Shown here: positions 24,927 through 33,510 of the stretch, piece after piece | Layout of the letters: each line of letters starts with the position of its first letter | Numbering within the stretch: position 1 is the stretch's first letter | Assembly (NCBI GenBank): GCA_001824435.1 | Contig: MHXH01000024.1 | Coordinates: 29,501-87,601 of the forward strand | Length of the DNA stretch: 58,101 nt | Reading direction: 5' to 3' | Origin: Parcubacteria group bacterium RIFCSPLOWO2_01_FULL_48_18 | GTDB taxonomy: Bacteria > Patescibacteriota > Minisyncoccia > UBA6257 > WO2-01-48-18 | The notes under the pieces: model-generated | Told to the model about the DNA's origin: nothing | Databases searched by the model: none | The model's input: only the letters and a program-made list of their open reading frames with translations | Translations under genes and position numbers: made by a program

Positions 24927-26731
24927 AGGTAATTCATTCCTTTGGCGACGAAACAATCAGCAATGATATCGAGCGGCCGGTGAGCTTTCTGCTCACAAAC
25001 AGAATGGGGGATTACCTCTCGTTCCCTTCGTCCAATGAAATTTTGAGCCGTTATCACGGCTGGTTTATTACGCTGGGAGATTCGTTCTATAAAATCATCG
25101 AGAGTATTGAACTCGTTGGCTCAGACTCATCCGCGCCGCCGCTCAACGAATTAAAAAACAATTTCACGGATGTCGAACACAAAAGGAGTGGGGGGATCCG
25201 AGAACATTTCTCTCTACACCAAAAAACTCATGTATTTACGTATGAACTCAATAAGCGAGCATCCATCGCATTGTGCTTCGATATAAGAAAGTCTTACGAT
25301 AATCCGGAAATGGGAAGGATATACGACATTCAAGAACATGACGGCCTACTCATCCTCTCATATCATTACGGCAGCGAAGACCCTCTCTATGTGGTTATTG
25401 CTTATCCGGACGGCGATCACTCGCTCTCCGGAGAATGGATAGGGCGTCATTATCCATTCGATGAACGCCGCAATTCTCCTCCATTCGTAAAGTACGTCTA
25501 TCGGGGAGTTATCATCCGCGGCCGCGTTATCGTCTGTTCTGCAGATACAGATAAAAATGCCGCGATCGAAGCTGTACGCCGCGCAGTAAAAGAAAAACAT
25601 GCGATCATATCGCAGCAGAAAGACTGGCTAAGAGAGTCAGATCTTGCCCCCCGACATATCCAAGATGCGGAAATAAAAATGGCATATCGATGCGCCACTC
25701 ATTCGCTCTACGGCCTCGTCTTGGCTCGACATAATAGAAAAGGGATATATGCCGGCTTCCCTTGGTTTTTTCAATTCTGGACACGCGACGAAGCTTTATC
25801 ATTGGGAGCGCTCGCGGATGAGCGCTTTCCCGGCGCCAAAAAGATTCTGTTAAGCAGATTAGAGGCAATAGACGACTCTGGAAGAATGCTTAATAAAGTC
25901 CCGACAGGCGATGGGACGGCCGCAGATGCAGCCGGCTGGTTTTTTAAACGAATCGGCGATCATATTGAACAATTTGACGCGCAAGAGCGCGTTTTGATTG
26001 CAGATAAACTTATGAAGACAATTGCCAAGATGCGCGCGAGCCGTGAATACCGATACCTCATTTACAATAGCTGGGGAGAAACTTGGATGGATACTACAAG
26101 CAGGGCAGGAGCATGCATAGAAATTCAAGCGCTCCAGCTTGCAATGTACGACCTTGCCGTTCGCTTGAATGGAGGTGATCGCCTCAGGGAGCTGCGCGAC
26201 AATTTGTCCAAGCGCGTCAGAGAAAGATTTTGGAACGGGGAGACACTCACTGACGAATTGAACGAAACGACGAACAGACCGAACGCATTCCTTGCCGCCT
26301 ATGCATATCCTGATCTCCTCAACAAAGAAGAATGGGCAACGTGCTTTGAGAACATCCTTAAAAGCCTTTGGATGGATTGGGGTGGCCTCGCGACGATTGA
26401 CAGAGAAAATCCCTACTTTACTTCATGGCATACCGGCGAAAATCCCAAGAGTTACCACAGCGGCGATTCGTGGTTCTACCTTAATAACCTGGCCGCGCTG
26501 GTGTTATTTCGTTGCGATAAAAAGCGATTCGCAAAATATATCTATCGAATGATCAAAGCGAGTACGGAAGAAATTTTATGGCATGGCGCAATCGGTCACC
26601 ACGGAGAATTGAGTTCTGCGGCAGAATTCACTTCCGAAGGCTCCTGGAGTCAAGCCTGGAGCAATGCGATGTATATTGAAGCAATAAACGAACTAATAAA
26701 AAACCCAGCGGTTGATATCACGAACGCTTGA
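24923..26731 (+). CDS. amylo-alpha-1,6-glucosidase / glycogen-debranching enzyme (GDE_C-like)
   Basis: GFPWFFQFWTRDEALSLGAL fits the GDE_C WFxxWGRDxxISL motif. It overlaps the synthase gene by 4 nt (ATGA). Confidence 0.8.
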   Translation: MKVIHSFGDETISNDIERPVSFLLTNRMGDYLSFPSSNEILSRYHGWFITLGDSFYKIIESIELVGSDSSAPPLNELKNNFTDVEHKRSGGIREHFSLHQKTHVFTYELNKRASIALCFDIRKSYDNPEMGRIYDIQEHDGLLILSYHYGSEDPLYVVIAYPDGDHSLSGEWIGRHYPFDERRNSPPFVKYVYRGVIIRGRVIVCSADTDKNAAIEAVRRAVKEKHAIISQQKDWLRESDLAPRHIQDAEIKMAYRCATHSLYGLVLARHNRKGIYAGFPWFFQFWTRDEALSLGALADERFPGAKKILLSRLEAIDDSGRMLNKVPTGDGTAADAAGWFFKRIGDHIEQFDAQERVLIADKLMKTIAKMRASREYRYLIYNSWGETWMDTTSRAGACIEIQALQLAMYDLAVRLNGGDRLRELRDNLSKRVRERFWNGETLTDELNETTNRPNAFLAAYAYPDLLNKEEWATCFENILKSLWMDWGGLATIDRENPYFTSWHTGENPKSYHSGDSWFYLNNLAALVLFRCDKKRFAKYIYRMIKASTEEILWHGAIGHHGELSSAAEFTSEGSWSQAWSNAMYIEAINELIKNPAVDITNA

Positions 26732-26791
26732 TACGTATAACAAAATCGGCGATACTAAAAAGAGTCTAAATTCTAGACCCCAAATATCAAG

Positions 26792-27409
26792 ATGTCATAT
26801 CGAACTCCTCAACAACGAAAATGGCTTACGATTTTCATGGTGCTTATCGTCGCTACATCGCTCGGCGGCCTGTTTACGTTGCCAAAAATTAATAAGCCTC
26901 CGAAAGAACAAGTCACGAATCCCGACACAGAAGTCCCTTGCTTGCTTCCAAACTTACCTCTTGCCCAGCATATTCACCAAATGCTTACAATCGTCATAGA
27001 CGGTACTGACGTGCCGGTTCCTGCCGACATTGGCGTTGAAACCGCATGCCACCGTGAATTGCATACCCATGACGAAACCGGTCAGATCCATATTGAAGCA
27101 CAGACAACCAAACAATATCGGTTAAAAGACTTTTTTAACGTATGGGGGAAACCGTTCAGCGGTAATCAAATCTTCGACAAGGCAACCGATGCAGGGCATA
27201 TTCTTGTAATGACCGTGAACGGCCAGCCGAGCAGCGAATACGAGAATTTGATACTCCTAGACAACCAGGAAATAAAAATAGAATATTTTGCAGTTATGCA
27301 GGAGCAGCAGCAGCAACCCGAGGTTTCTCCGGAGATTCTAGAACAACTTAAGCAACAGGTGCAGCAGAAACAACTGAATGAGCAAAAACCTCTTCCGGAC
27401 AGCCAATAG
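26792..27409 (+). CDS. hypothetical membrane-anchored protein with HxH / HTHD motifs and a Gln-rich tail
   Basis: It has a signal anchor (WLTIFMVLIVATSLGGLF), the motifs HIHQMLTIVIDG...CHRELHTHDETGQIHIE, and the tail QEQQQQPEV...QQVQQKQ. Confidence 0.6.
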   Translation: MSYRTPQQRKWLTIFMVLIVATSLGGLFTLPKINKPPKEQVTNPDTEVPCLLPNLPLAQHIHQMLTIVIDGTDVPVPADIGVETACHRELHTHDETGQIHIEAQTTKQYRLKDFFNVWGKPFSGNQIFDKATDAGHILVMTVNGQPSSEYENLILLDNQEIKIEYFAVMQEQQQQPEVSPEILEQLKQQVQQKQLNEQKPLPDSQ

Positions 27410-27473
27410 CATTACACTGATCGTAAAATTTCCACGGGCCTATACCCGCGTAGTATCTTTTGTGCAAAAACCG

Positions 27474-27507
27474 CTACACTATCATACACTGTAGTATGAT
27501 AGTGTAG
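27474..27507. terminator. 14-bp perfect hairpin between convergent genes (candidate bidirectional terminator)
   Basis: CTACACTATCATAC / GTATGATAGTGTAG with a 6-nt loop. It sits between 26792..27409 (+) and fmt (-). Confidence 0.55.
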
Positions 27508-27541
27508 TTGATGCAGCGGTCAATGCGGTGCGATATATTGT

Positions 27542-28504
27542 TTAAGAGAGCTGGCTTTGTAGAACGTTTCCGATAAAATTGTGATGGCCATTCAGAAAGT
27601 CTTTCGTCGATACTTCACTGCCGCCTTCAAGTTGAAGCCCTCTGATCATGAGAGCGCCGAAGCCGCACCTTACCGTTAATATGCCACGCAGCATAAACGC
27701 GGTGCCGATGCGTAAGTTTTCTTTTGCATGCGTTTGTTCATCCGACACAGCCTCAGCATCGATAATCTTTAACATTTTCTCCTTTCCTGCATCTCGCCAA
27801 AATGTATATGCCGACGGCCACGGATAAAATGCCCGTGCCATACGCTCAATATGCGCCGCATCCTTTGTCCAATCAATCTTTCCATCTTCTTTTTTGATGA
27901 TTTTACTGTAGGTCGCTCGAGGATGATCTTGTTCGATCGGCTGCATTTCACCCCTTACCCACTTCGGCAAGATATCAATCAATAACTGTGCCCCTCGTTC
28001 TGCTAATATCTTACTTAATTCAATAAGGTTTCTATTTTCTATTTTCTGTATTCTAAATTCTAGAATAGGTCCATGGTCAATCCCCGCATCCATTAACATA
28101 ATTGTCGTTCCGGTTTGATCATCGCCGCTCAAAATTGCGTATTGAATGGGAGATGGTCCCCGCCAACGCGGCAAAAGAGACGGATGCACATTCAAGCAAC
28201 CGTGTTCCGGGATTTCCAAGATTTCTTTGGGCAATATCTTTCCATAAGCAGCAACTACAAATAGTTTGGAATTTTGAATCTGGAATCTGGAATCTGGAAT
28301 TTTTAGTTTTTCTGGTTGCCAAACAGGAATATCGTATTTCTGCGCCACAATTTTAGTCGGCGGCGGTGTTAAAACTTGTTTTCTTCCAACTGGTTTATCC
28401 GGCGCGGTCACAACTAACGCCGGCACATAACCGGCTCCAATTAATTTTTTCAAAATGGTAGCGGCAAATTCTGGAGTGCCGAAGAAGGCATATTTCACTT
28501 TCAC
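27542..28504 (-). CDS. fmt: methionyl-tRNA formyltransferase
   Basis: FFGTPEFA, VVTAPDKPVGRKQ, NVHPSLLPRWRGPSPIQYAIL and a C-terminal Formyl_trans_C-like region. It lies downstream of def. Confidence 0.95.
   Translation of the reverse strand: MKVKYAFFGTPEFAATILKKLIGAGYVPALVVTAPDKPVGRKQVLTPPPTKIVAQKYDIPVWQPEKLKIPDSRFQIQNSKLFVVAAYGKILPKEILEIPEHGCLNVHPSLLPRWRGPSPIQYAILSGDDQTGTTIMLMDAGIDHGPILEFRIQKIENRNLIELSKILAERGAQLLIDILPKWVRGEMQPIEQDHPRATYSKIIKKEDGKIDWTKDAAHIERMARAFYPWPSAYTFWRDAGKEKMLKIIDAEAVSDEQTHAKENLRIGTAFMLRGILTVRCGFGALMIRGLQLEGGSEVSTKDFLNGHHNFIGNVLQSQLS
28028..28062. repeat. five tandem heptamers inside the fmt coding sequence
   Basis: TTTCTAT TTTCTAT TTTCTGT ATTCTAA ATTCTAG, read on the minus strand as ...LEFRIQKIENRN... 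Confidence 0.8.
28268..28302. repeat. five tandem heptamers inside the fmt coding sequence
   Basis: TGGAATT TTGAATC TGGAATC TGGAATC TGGAATT, read on the minus strand as ...KIPDSRFQIQNSK... Confidence 0.85.
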
Positions 28505-28506
28505 TG

Positions 28507-28561
28507 GCTTGTAGCTTCTTAGCTTCTTAGGATTGACCCTACAAGCTACAAGCTACAAGCT
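28507..28561. repeat. opposed heptamer arrays of the CAAGCTA flavour (imperfect long hairpin)
   Basis: GCTTGTA GCTTCTT AGCTTCT ... ACAAGCT ACAAGCT ACAAGCT. This occupies most of the def-fmt spacer. Confidence 0.8.
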
Positions 28562-28566
28562 ACTAT

Positions 28567-29049
28567 TTAAGAAGACGTACTATCATGCCGATGAACATTC
28601 TTCGCCCTATCTATGAATAATTTTCCGTCCAAATGATCGACCTCATGCTGAAATACGCGCGCAAGGAGTCCCCATGCTTTAATTTTTACTCGTTTGCCGT
28701 TTTTATCCAGTCCATGGAGTACCGCCTTTTCCGGGCGTTCCACCTCGCCAAACGTCCCCGGTACGCTTAAACATCCCTCTTCCATGATTATTTTTTCTTC
28801 AGAGGTTTTTACTATTCTGGGATTTAACACGACATAAAACTTCTTCTCAACCTCGGCTACAAACAGCCGCCACGGAAGCCCTACTTGAGTGGCAGCAAGC
28901 CCTACGCCATCTGCTCGCTTCATCGTTTCCCGCATTTCTCTGATAACTTTCGACAGTTTTTTCCTGTCCATGCGTTTAAAATCCAAATCTTCAAGCGCCG
29001 TCCGAAGAACCCTCTGCTCTTCTTTATTTTCTATTTTTAGAATATTCAT
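28567..29049 (-). CDS. def: peptide deformylase
   Basis: GVGLAATQVG, EGCLSVPG and HEVDHLDG are present. I place the start at ATG 29049 (MNILKIENKEE...), and the track start at 29082 is possible. Confidence 0.93.
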   Translation of the reverse strand: MNILKIENKEEQRVLRTALEDLDFKRMDRKKLSKVIREMRETMKRADGVGLAATQVGLPWRLFVAEVEKKFYVVLNPRIVKTSEEKIIMEEGCLSVPGTFGEVERPEKAVLHGLDKNGKRVKIKAWGLLARVFQHEVDHLDGKLFIDRAKNVHRHDSTSS

Positions 29050-29150
29050 TGTTTCATTATACTGCCGAAGGCGTTTAAACAAAACCGAGCGGTCCGATTA
29101 TCAGGCTGAAATGTAGGGACGCCGCGTTTTTTCCAAGACCAGGACGTACT

Positions 29151-29180
29151 TTGCGCAACTCTTCATAAAAACGGTATAAT
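29151..29180 (+). promoter_or_regulatory. candidate sigma70-type promoter for the response regulator
   Basis: TTGCGC (29151-29156), 18 nt, TATAAT (29175-29180), 38 nt upstream of the ATG. Confidence 0.35.
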
Positions 29181-29218
29181 TCAAGTACTATATTCGTAAT
29201 CGAAGAATAGCATATATT

Positions 29219-29611
29219 ATGCCCGATCAAGGAAAAAGAATTCTTGTCGTCGAAGACGATACGGCGTATCGAAAAGCGCTCGTTAAAAAGTTTTTAAGCG
29301 AGGGTTTTAACGTGCAGGAAGCAGAAGATGGAGAAAAAGGATTGGCGAGCGCCTTACAGGAACACCCTGATCTGATTTTGATGGATGTTATCATGCCCAA
29401 AGTAGACGGGCTTACCATGACAAGAAGATTACGTGAAGATGAGTGGGGAAAGAATGCCCGCATTCTTTACCTCACAAGCTTAGAATCGGATGAAAAGATC
29501 ATGAACCAATTATTGGAAAATAGACCAGCGTATTACTTAATAAAAACTGCCTGGACACTTGATGATATTGTAGACAGAGTACGTTCATTATTGGACACAA
29601 ATATAGAATAA
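29219..29611 (+). CDS. stand-alone response-regulator receiver domain protein
   Basis: ILVVEDD, DLILMDVIMPKVDGLTM and a conserved Lys region. There is no output domain (130 aa). Confidence 0.9.
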   Translation: MPDQGKRILVVEDDTAYRKALVKKFLSEGFNVQEAEDGEKGLASALQEHPDLILMDVIMPKVDGLTMTRRLREDEWGKNARILYLTSLESDEKIMNQLLENRPAYYLIKTAWTLDDIVDRVRSLLDTNIE

Positions 29612-29650
29612 GGGTATATCTATCATCCGTCAAAACCAATCCGATCCGGC

Positions 29651-29756
29651 TAGTGCTGAATTAACTTAATTTTGATACCATCGTTGTCACAAAACGTCCC
29701 ATAAATACAGTGTTCTTTTGTCATAGAGCAGGCAAAAATTAAGTTAATGAAGTACT
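29651..29756 (-). repeat. ~107-bp MITE-like element, copy 2 (reverse orientation)
   Basis: Its reverse complement aligns end to end with 22076-22182, with a few substitutions and 1-nt indels. Confidence 0.85.
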
Positions 29757-29790
29757 CGGAGTGATTTTGACGGCACATGGACAGAGTTTA

Positions 29791-29913
29791 CCCCGTTAGA
29801 ACGCTGCCGACTCTGTCGACGGTAGAGATAGAATAAGCTCGTAGGGGTATAATGCTTCCTTCAGCCGATCGCGAAGCCGCGTCAGACGCGGTGAAGCACC
29901 CGTTCTAACGGGG
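29791..29913. other. 123-nt element closed by a 13-bp perfect long-range stem
   Basis: CCCCGTTAGAACG (29791-29803) pairs with CGTTCTAACGGGG (29901-29913). An inner hairpin CCGCG-TCAGA-CGCGG is present. The element ends 2 nt from the histidine kinase stop codon. Confidence 0.6.
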
Positions 29914-29915
29914 GT

Positions 29916-31301
29916 TTACGCGACTGATCTTCCCATGGTTTTTTGGGCAAGAGGCAACGAAAAACTAAACGTCGACCCTTTTCCTTCTTCAGATTTGACC
30001 CAAACTTTTCCATTCATTTTCTCAACAATCTGCTTAGCAATAAAAAGCCCAAGCCCGGTACCGCTTACATCAATGGTTTTATCCGTCCGAACCCGATAAA
30101 ATTTTTCAAATAAATTCTTCTGATCCTTGAATGGAATACCTATACCGGTGTCCCTGACGTGCGTAATAAGCCTCTCCTTTTTTACTTCATGGGTGACTGT
30201 TATCATTCCCGGGCCAGGAGTATACTTAATTGCATTACCAACCAAGTTGGTTACCACTTCTTTGACCCTGGATTCATCAGCCATGACGCGGGGCAAAGGC
30301 TCGACGTGATCATATGTTATTGAAATAGATTTTTTATCAGCCAGGGGGTTCATTTCTACAAGGATAGATTGAATAGCGCCGATTACGTCCATAGGCCTGG
30401 CATGAATCTCGATACGGCCGCTTTCAGAACGAGCCACCTCCAAGAGATCGTTAATTAATTCGATATGCTGTTCGTTTGCAATATTGATGTAATCAACGGA
30501 TTCTTTGATCGAAGTAGTTTTCTGAACGATAGGCTCATCAAAAAGAAGCGATACATAAGCTTTGATAGTAGAGGCGGGCATTCTCATATCATGAGCGGCA
30601 ATAAAAACGAACTCATCTTTCAGGCGAATTATCTCATCTGTCTGTCTCTGATAAATTTTCAAAAGCCATAGCACTATCGCTGTTAAAACTACGTAGAGCG
30701 CCAAAAGCCCCATAACCATATCTTGAACAATGTCGCGCTCCAGACCCTGGATCGATTTCGTAATAAAACCGGCTCGAGAAATAATATAGACAGCGCCCAC
30801 AGCTGCAACTGAATTCCCGAATGTAATCGGTACCGACTGAACCAGCGCCATTTTAAAACCAAGCGTTTCTTGTCCCTTTGGTTCCAGTTCAACAAATTGC
30901 GCATGGGTTTCATTATCTTTAAGCGTCGTCGGCACAAATTGGCCGTTCATGAGCGAAGTGCCGTTATAAAGCAAAGCTAAATATTTCGGATGTGAATAAA
31001 TAACCGTTCCCTTGTTATCGGTGATTAAAATTAATGCTGCTCCTTCAAAATATGTATCAGCGAAAAATCTGTTCATTCTGATATAACCATCCGGCTCCAT
31101 CGGATAATGGAAATCCTCTTTTTTTAAAAGGTGATTCGCGGCACGGTTAACAGCGATCACCGTTGATAGTTTCTCTTGCTTCGCTATAAAGCCTTCAAAA
31201 ACAATCTGGATGTTGCTGATGAGAAAAACCGAAAAGCCGACAAGTAAAAATAAGATAAAGCTTAAGAGAACAAAACGCGCAAATAAGGGATATGTTCTCA
31301 T
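29916..31301 (-). CDS. sensor histidine kinase (two TM segments, extracytoplasmic domain, HisKA, HATPase_c)
   Basis: H-box FIAAHDMRMP, N-box NLVGNAIKYT, G1 DTGIGI, G2 GTGLGL. TM helices lie near residues 7-29 and 205-225. Confidence 0.92.
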   Translation of the reverse strand: MRTYPLFARFVLLSFILFLLVGFSVFLISNIQIVFEGFIAKQEKLSTVIAVNRAANHLLKKEDFHYPMEPDGYIRMNRFFADTYFEGAALILITDNKGTVIYSHPKYLALLYNGTSLMNGQFVPTTLKDNETHAQFVELEPKGQETLGFKMALVQSVPITFGNSVAAVGAVYIISRAGFITKSIQGLERDIVQDMVMGLLALYVVLTAIVLWLLKIYQRQTDEIIRLKDEFVFIAAHDMRMPASTIKAYVSLLFDEPIVQKTTSIKESVDYINIANEQHIELINDLLEVARSESGRIEIHARPMDVIGAIQSILVEMNPLADKKSISITYDHVEPLPRVMADESRVKEVVTNLVGNAIKYTPGPGMITVTHEVKKERLITHVRDTGIGIPFKDQKNLFEKFYRVRTDKTIDVSGTGLGLFIAKQIVEKMNGKVWVKSEEGKGSTFSFSLPLAQKTMGRSVA

Positions 31302-31795
31302 TGGCCGTCTGGAACTAAAACTTCTATAAGACCTATTGGTATTAATTCTTCGCCGGCAAGAGCAGGGGCGTGGTCATGATAAACGAAATACCCCGGCTGT
31401 TCAAATTGATAGCTATACGTTTCTCCGCTTGCAAGATTACCCGAGGCGTCAAAGCCGGCTAAGGCGGTATGCGTCGGATGAGGATCCGAGGCTGGCCAAT
31501 GATACCCGGTATCTATATTTATCCAACGAACAACATCGTCCACATGGATCGCGGTAGTTTTCGGACTAAAACCGTCTTTCGTTATAAGCACGATATGGAC
31601 TTGAGAAGAATTTTCTGTCGGATTCGATAACGCTGCGTCTAACGATGAGGGTAAAGACAGTATTACCGGTTTAGGCGTAAACCAAGTCGGGCTTGACATG
31701 ATAAAAATATAACCCCCGACCCACAAAAGAATTACGACAACCGCAAGGAAAAATAAATACATAAGGTCTTTTTTCATCTTATTGTTATTATACAC
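31298..31795 (-). CDS. membrane-anchored small beta-sandwich (cupredoxin-like) protein with a His-rich, Cys-less motif
   Basis: VDDVVRWINIDTGYHWPASDPHPTHT...YFVYHDH. It is paralogous to the N-terminus of 31882..33492 and overlaps the kinase start as ATGA. Confidence 0.6.
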   Translation of the reverse strand: MYNNNKMKKDLMYLFFLAVVVILLWVGGYIFIMSSPTWFTPKPVILSLPSSLDAALSNPTENSSQVHIVLITKDGFSPKTTAIHVDDVVRWINIDTGYHWPASDPHPTHTALAGFDASGNLASGETYSYQFEQPGYFVYHDHAPALAGEELIPIGLIEVLVPDGQ

Positions 31796-31881
31796 AATTG
31801 GGCATAAAACCTTAATCTCTGTGCGCGTAAGTTTACCATTCTTTTGACACCAGAACGTATAATTTCGATAATAAATAATAA

Positions 31882-33492
31882 ATGATGCTTAAATCCTCAA
31901 GTCATACGAGAGTCGAACCGATATTCGTGGGATTATTACTAGTCATAGCTAGCACGTTTCCGCTATCGGCAAAGGCGGTTGTCGTATCTGTTTCAAGGAT
32001 AGGTGGTGGATTTTCCCCCTCATCTGTTACGATTAATGCGGGCGATCAGATTCGCTGGACCAATAACTCGTCCGGAACCACTGACCCTTCTTCAGATCCT
32101 CATCCGACGCATACTGATTATCCAGACTTGAATGGTTCTCCAATTCCTAAAAATCAATCCCGAACCACAGTTTCATTAACAAGTGTCGGGACATGGGGAT
32201 ATCACGACCACCTTGACGAGACAGCCGTTGGAACGATTACAATTCAGGCGGTATCACCCCCGTCAGATCCACCGCCGCCACCTTCCACAGGCGGCTCCAC
32301 AACAGCGTATAGACCAACGGTTAGCATTGTTTCTCTTGAGAAAAGGCTTTCGTTTGAGAGTCATGAAATTGAAATCAAATACGAGGCCGCTGATAAAAAT
32401 ATTGCCGGATCCTCTTTCGCCCTTAGTGATACACCGGTTTCTATTTATTATTTCGCCGGTGAGAGCACCAAGGATATTGTATCTACCTTTTATTATCCTC
32501 AAATTCCTAATCCTAGGCCCGAAACTCTTATTGTAAAAAATCTTCCTGCCGACGGTTCATATGTATGGGACATCGCCGACCTGCCGAGCGGAGACAATTA
32601 TGTAATTATAGTTGAGGTCGTTGATAAGTCTCTTGAGGTAGGACGAGCAATCTCAGATTTTCTTCCAATTGATAGTACTCCTCCGGAACAGATACAAAAC
32701 GCTTTTGTCCGGACCGGACCGAATACCGTATATCTTTCCTGGATCAATCCCTCCGACCCCGACTTCTACGAAGTTTTCATTATTAGAAGAGAGGATCGCT
32801 TTGCTTTAAGCCGGAATGACAACAATCAAGTTTTTGTCTACCTCGGAGCTGAATCAAGGTACTCTGACACCGTTGATTTTAAAAAAAGTCCTTTGTATTA
32901 TTCTATTTTTAGCCGCGACCCCGATTTCAACTATTCGTCGCCAATAACTATCAAAGCCGAGCCCACTGATGAACTCTCATCATTTAAACCCCCCGAGGCT
33001 AGATCCGAAGAATCAACAACTACAGTAACTTACGCACTGGACGCATCCATCGAGCCTCAAGAAAATGCAATGAGGTTAAGCTGGAAAAATCCTAAAGATG
33101 AAAAGTTTTTTGGGGCTCAAGTCGTCCGCAACGCAAATAGTTTTCCGACCAATGCCTTCGATGGCAAAATCGTTTTTCGGGGACGGGCAGAAATGTTTGA
33201 GGATGTAAATCTTGTTGCCGGCTCTAAATACTTCTATGGTATTTATGTCTTTGATTGGGAAAACAACTTTTTTTCCAACGCCCTTGTCGCCGGTATACCT
33301 CAAAAGTCTTCCTCTCTAACGCTCCCCCCCCAATCATTCGAAAAAAATACCGCAGACCCCATATTGAAGGATACAATAAAAGAAATCAAGAGAAAGATCG
33401 AACTCATAGAGATACAAATCAAAATTATTGAGATAAAAGAAAAGATATTCCAACTTTCAGATCAAATAAGACTAATCTCGCGTGGCGGCTAA
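31882..33492 (+). CDS. secreted multidomain protein: cupredoxin-like His-rich domain, Pro linker, FN3-like domains, C-terminal coiled coil
   Basis: INAGDQIRWTNNSSGTTDPSSDPHPTHT...WGYHDH, then SPPSDPPPPPS. FN3-like segments follow (VYLSWINPSDPDFYEVFI, MRLSWKNPKDEKFFGAQV), and the tail is IELIEIQIKIIEIKEKIFQL. Confidence 0.7.
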   Translation: MMLKSSSHTRVEPIFVGLLLVIASTFPLSAKAVVVSVSRIGGGFSPSSVTINAGDQIRWTNNSSGTTDPSSDPHPTHTDYPDLNGSPIPKNQSRTTVSLTSVGTWGYHDHLDETAVGTITIQAVSPPSDPPPPPSTGGSTTAYRPTVSIVSLEKRLSFESHEIEIKYEAADKNIAGSSFALSDTPVSIYYFAGESTKDIVSTFYYPQIPNPRPETLIVKNLPADGSYVWDIADLPSGDNYVIIVEVVDKSLEVGRAISDFLPIDSTPPEQIQNAFVRTGPNTVYLSWINPSDPDFYEVFIIRREDRFALSRNDNNQVFVYLGAESRYSDTVDFKKSPLYYSIFSRDPDFNYSSPITIKAEPTDELSSFKPPEARSEESTTTVTYALDASIEPQENAMRLSWKNPKDEKFFGAQVVRNANSFPTNAFDGKIVFRGRAEMFEDVNLVAGSKYFYGIYVFDWENNFFSNALVAGIPQKSSSLTLPPQSFEKNTADPILKDTIKEIKRKIELIEIQIKIIEIKEKIFQLSDQIRLISRGG

Positions 33493-33510
33493 AGTTAGGC
33501 ATTCGTGTCC

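Noticed and set aside
29850-29885. SRP RNA-like GCUGAAGGAAGCA on the minus strand
   Set aside because: The bases flanking the putative GNRA loop cannot form the conserved helix 8 pairing (UCC-GGAA-GGA), and no matching 5' domain is present.
31844-31863. TTGACA ... TATAAT upstream of 31882
   Set aside because: The hexamers are perfect but only 8 nt apart, so they cannot act together. At most the TATAAT is a -10 element with an unidentified -35.
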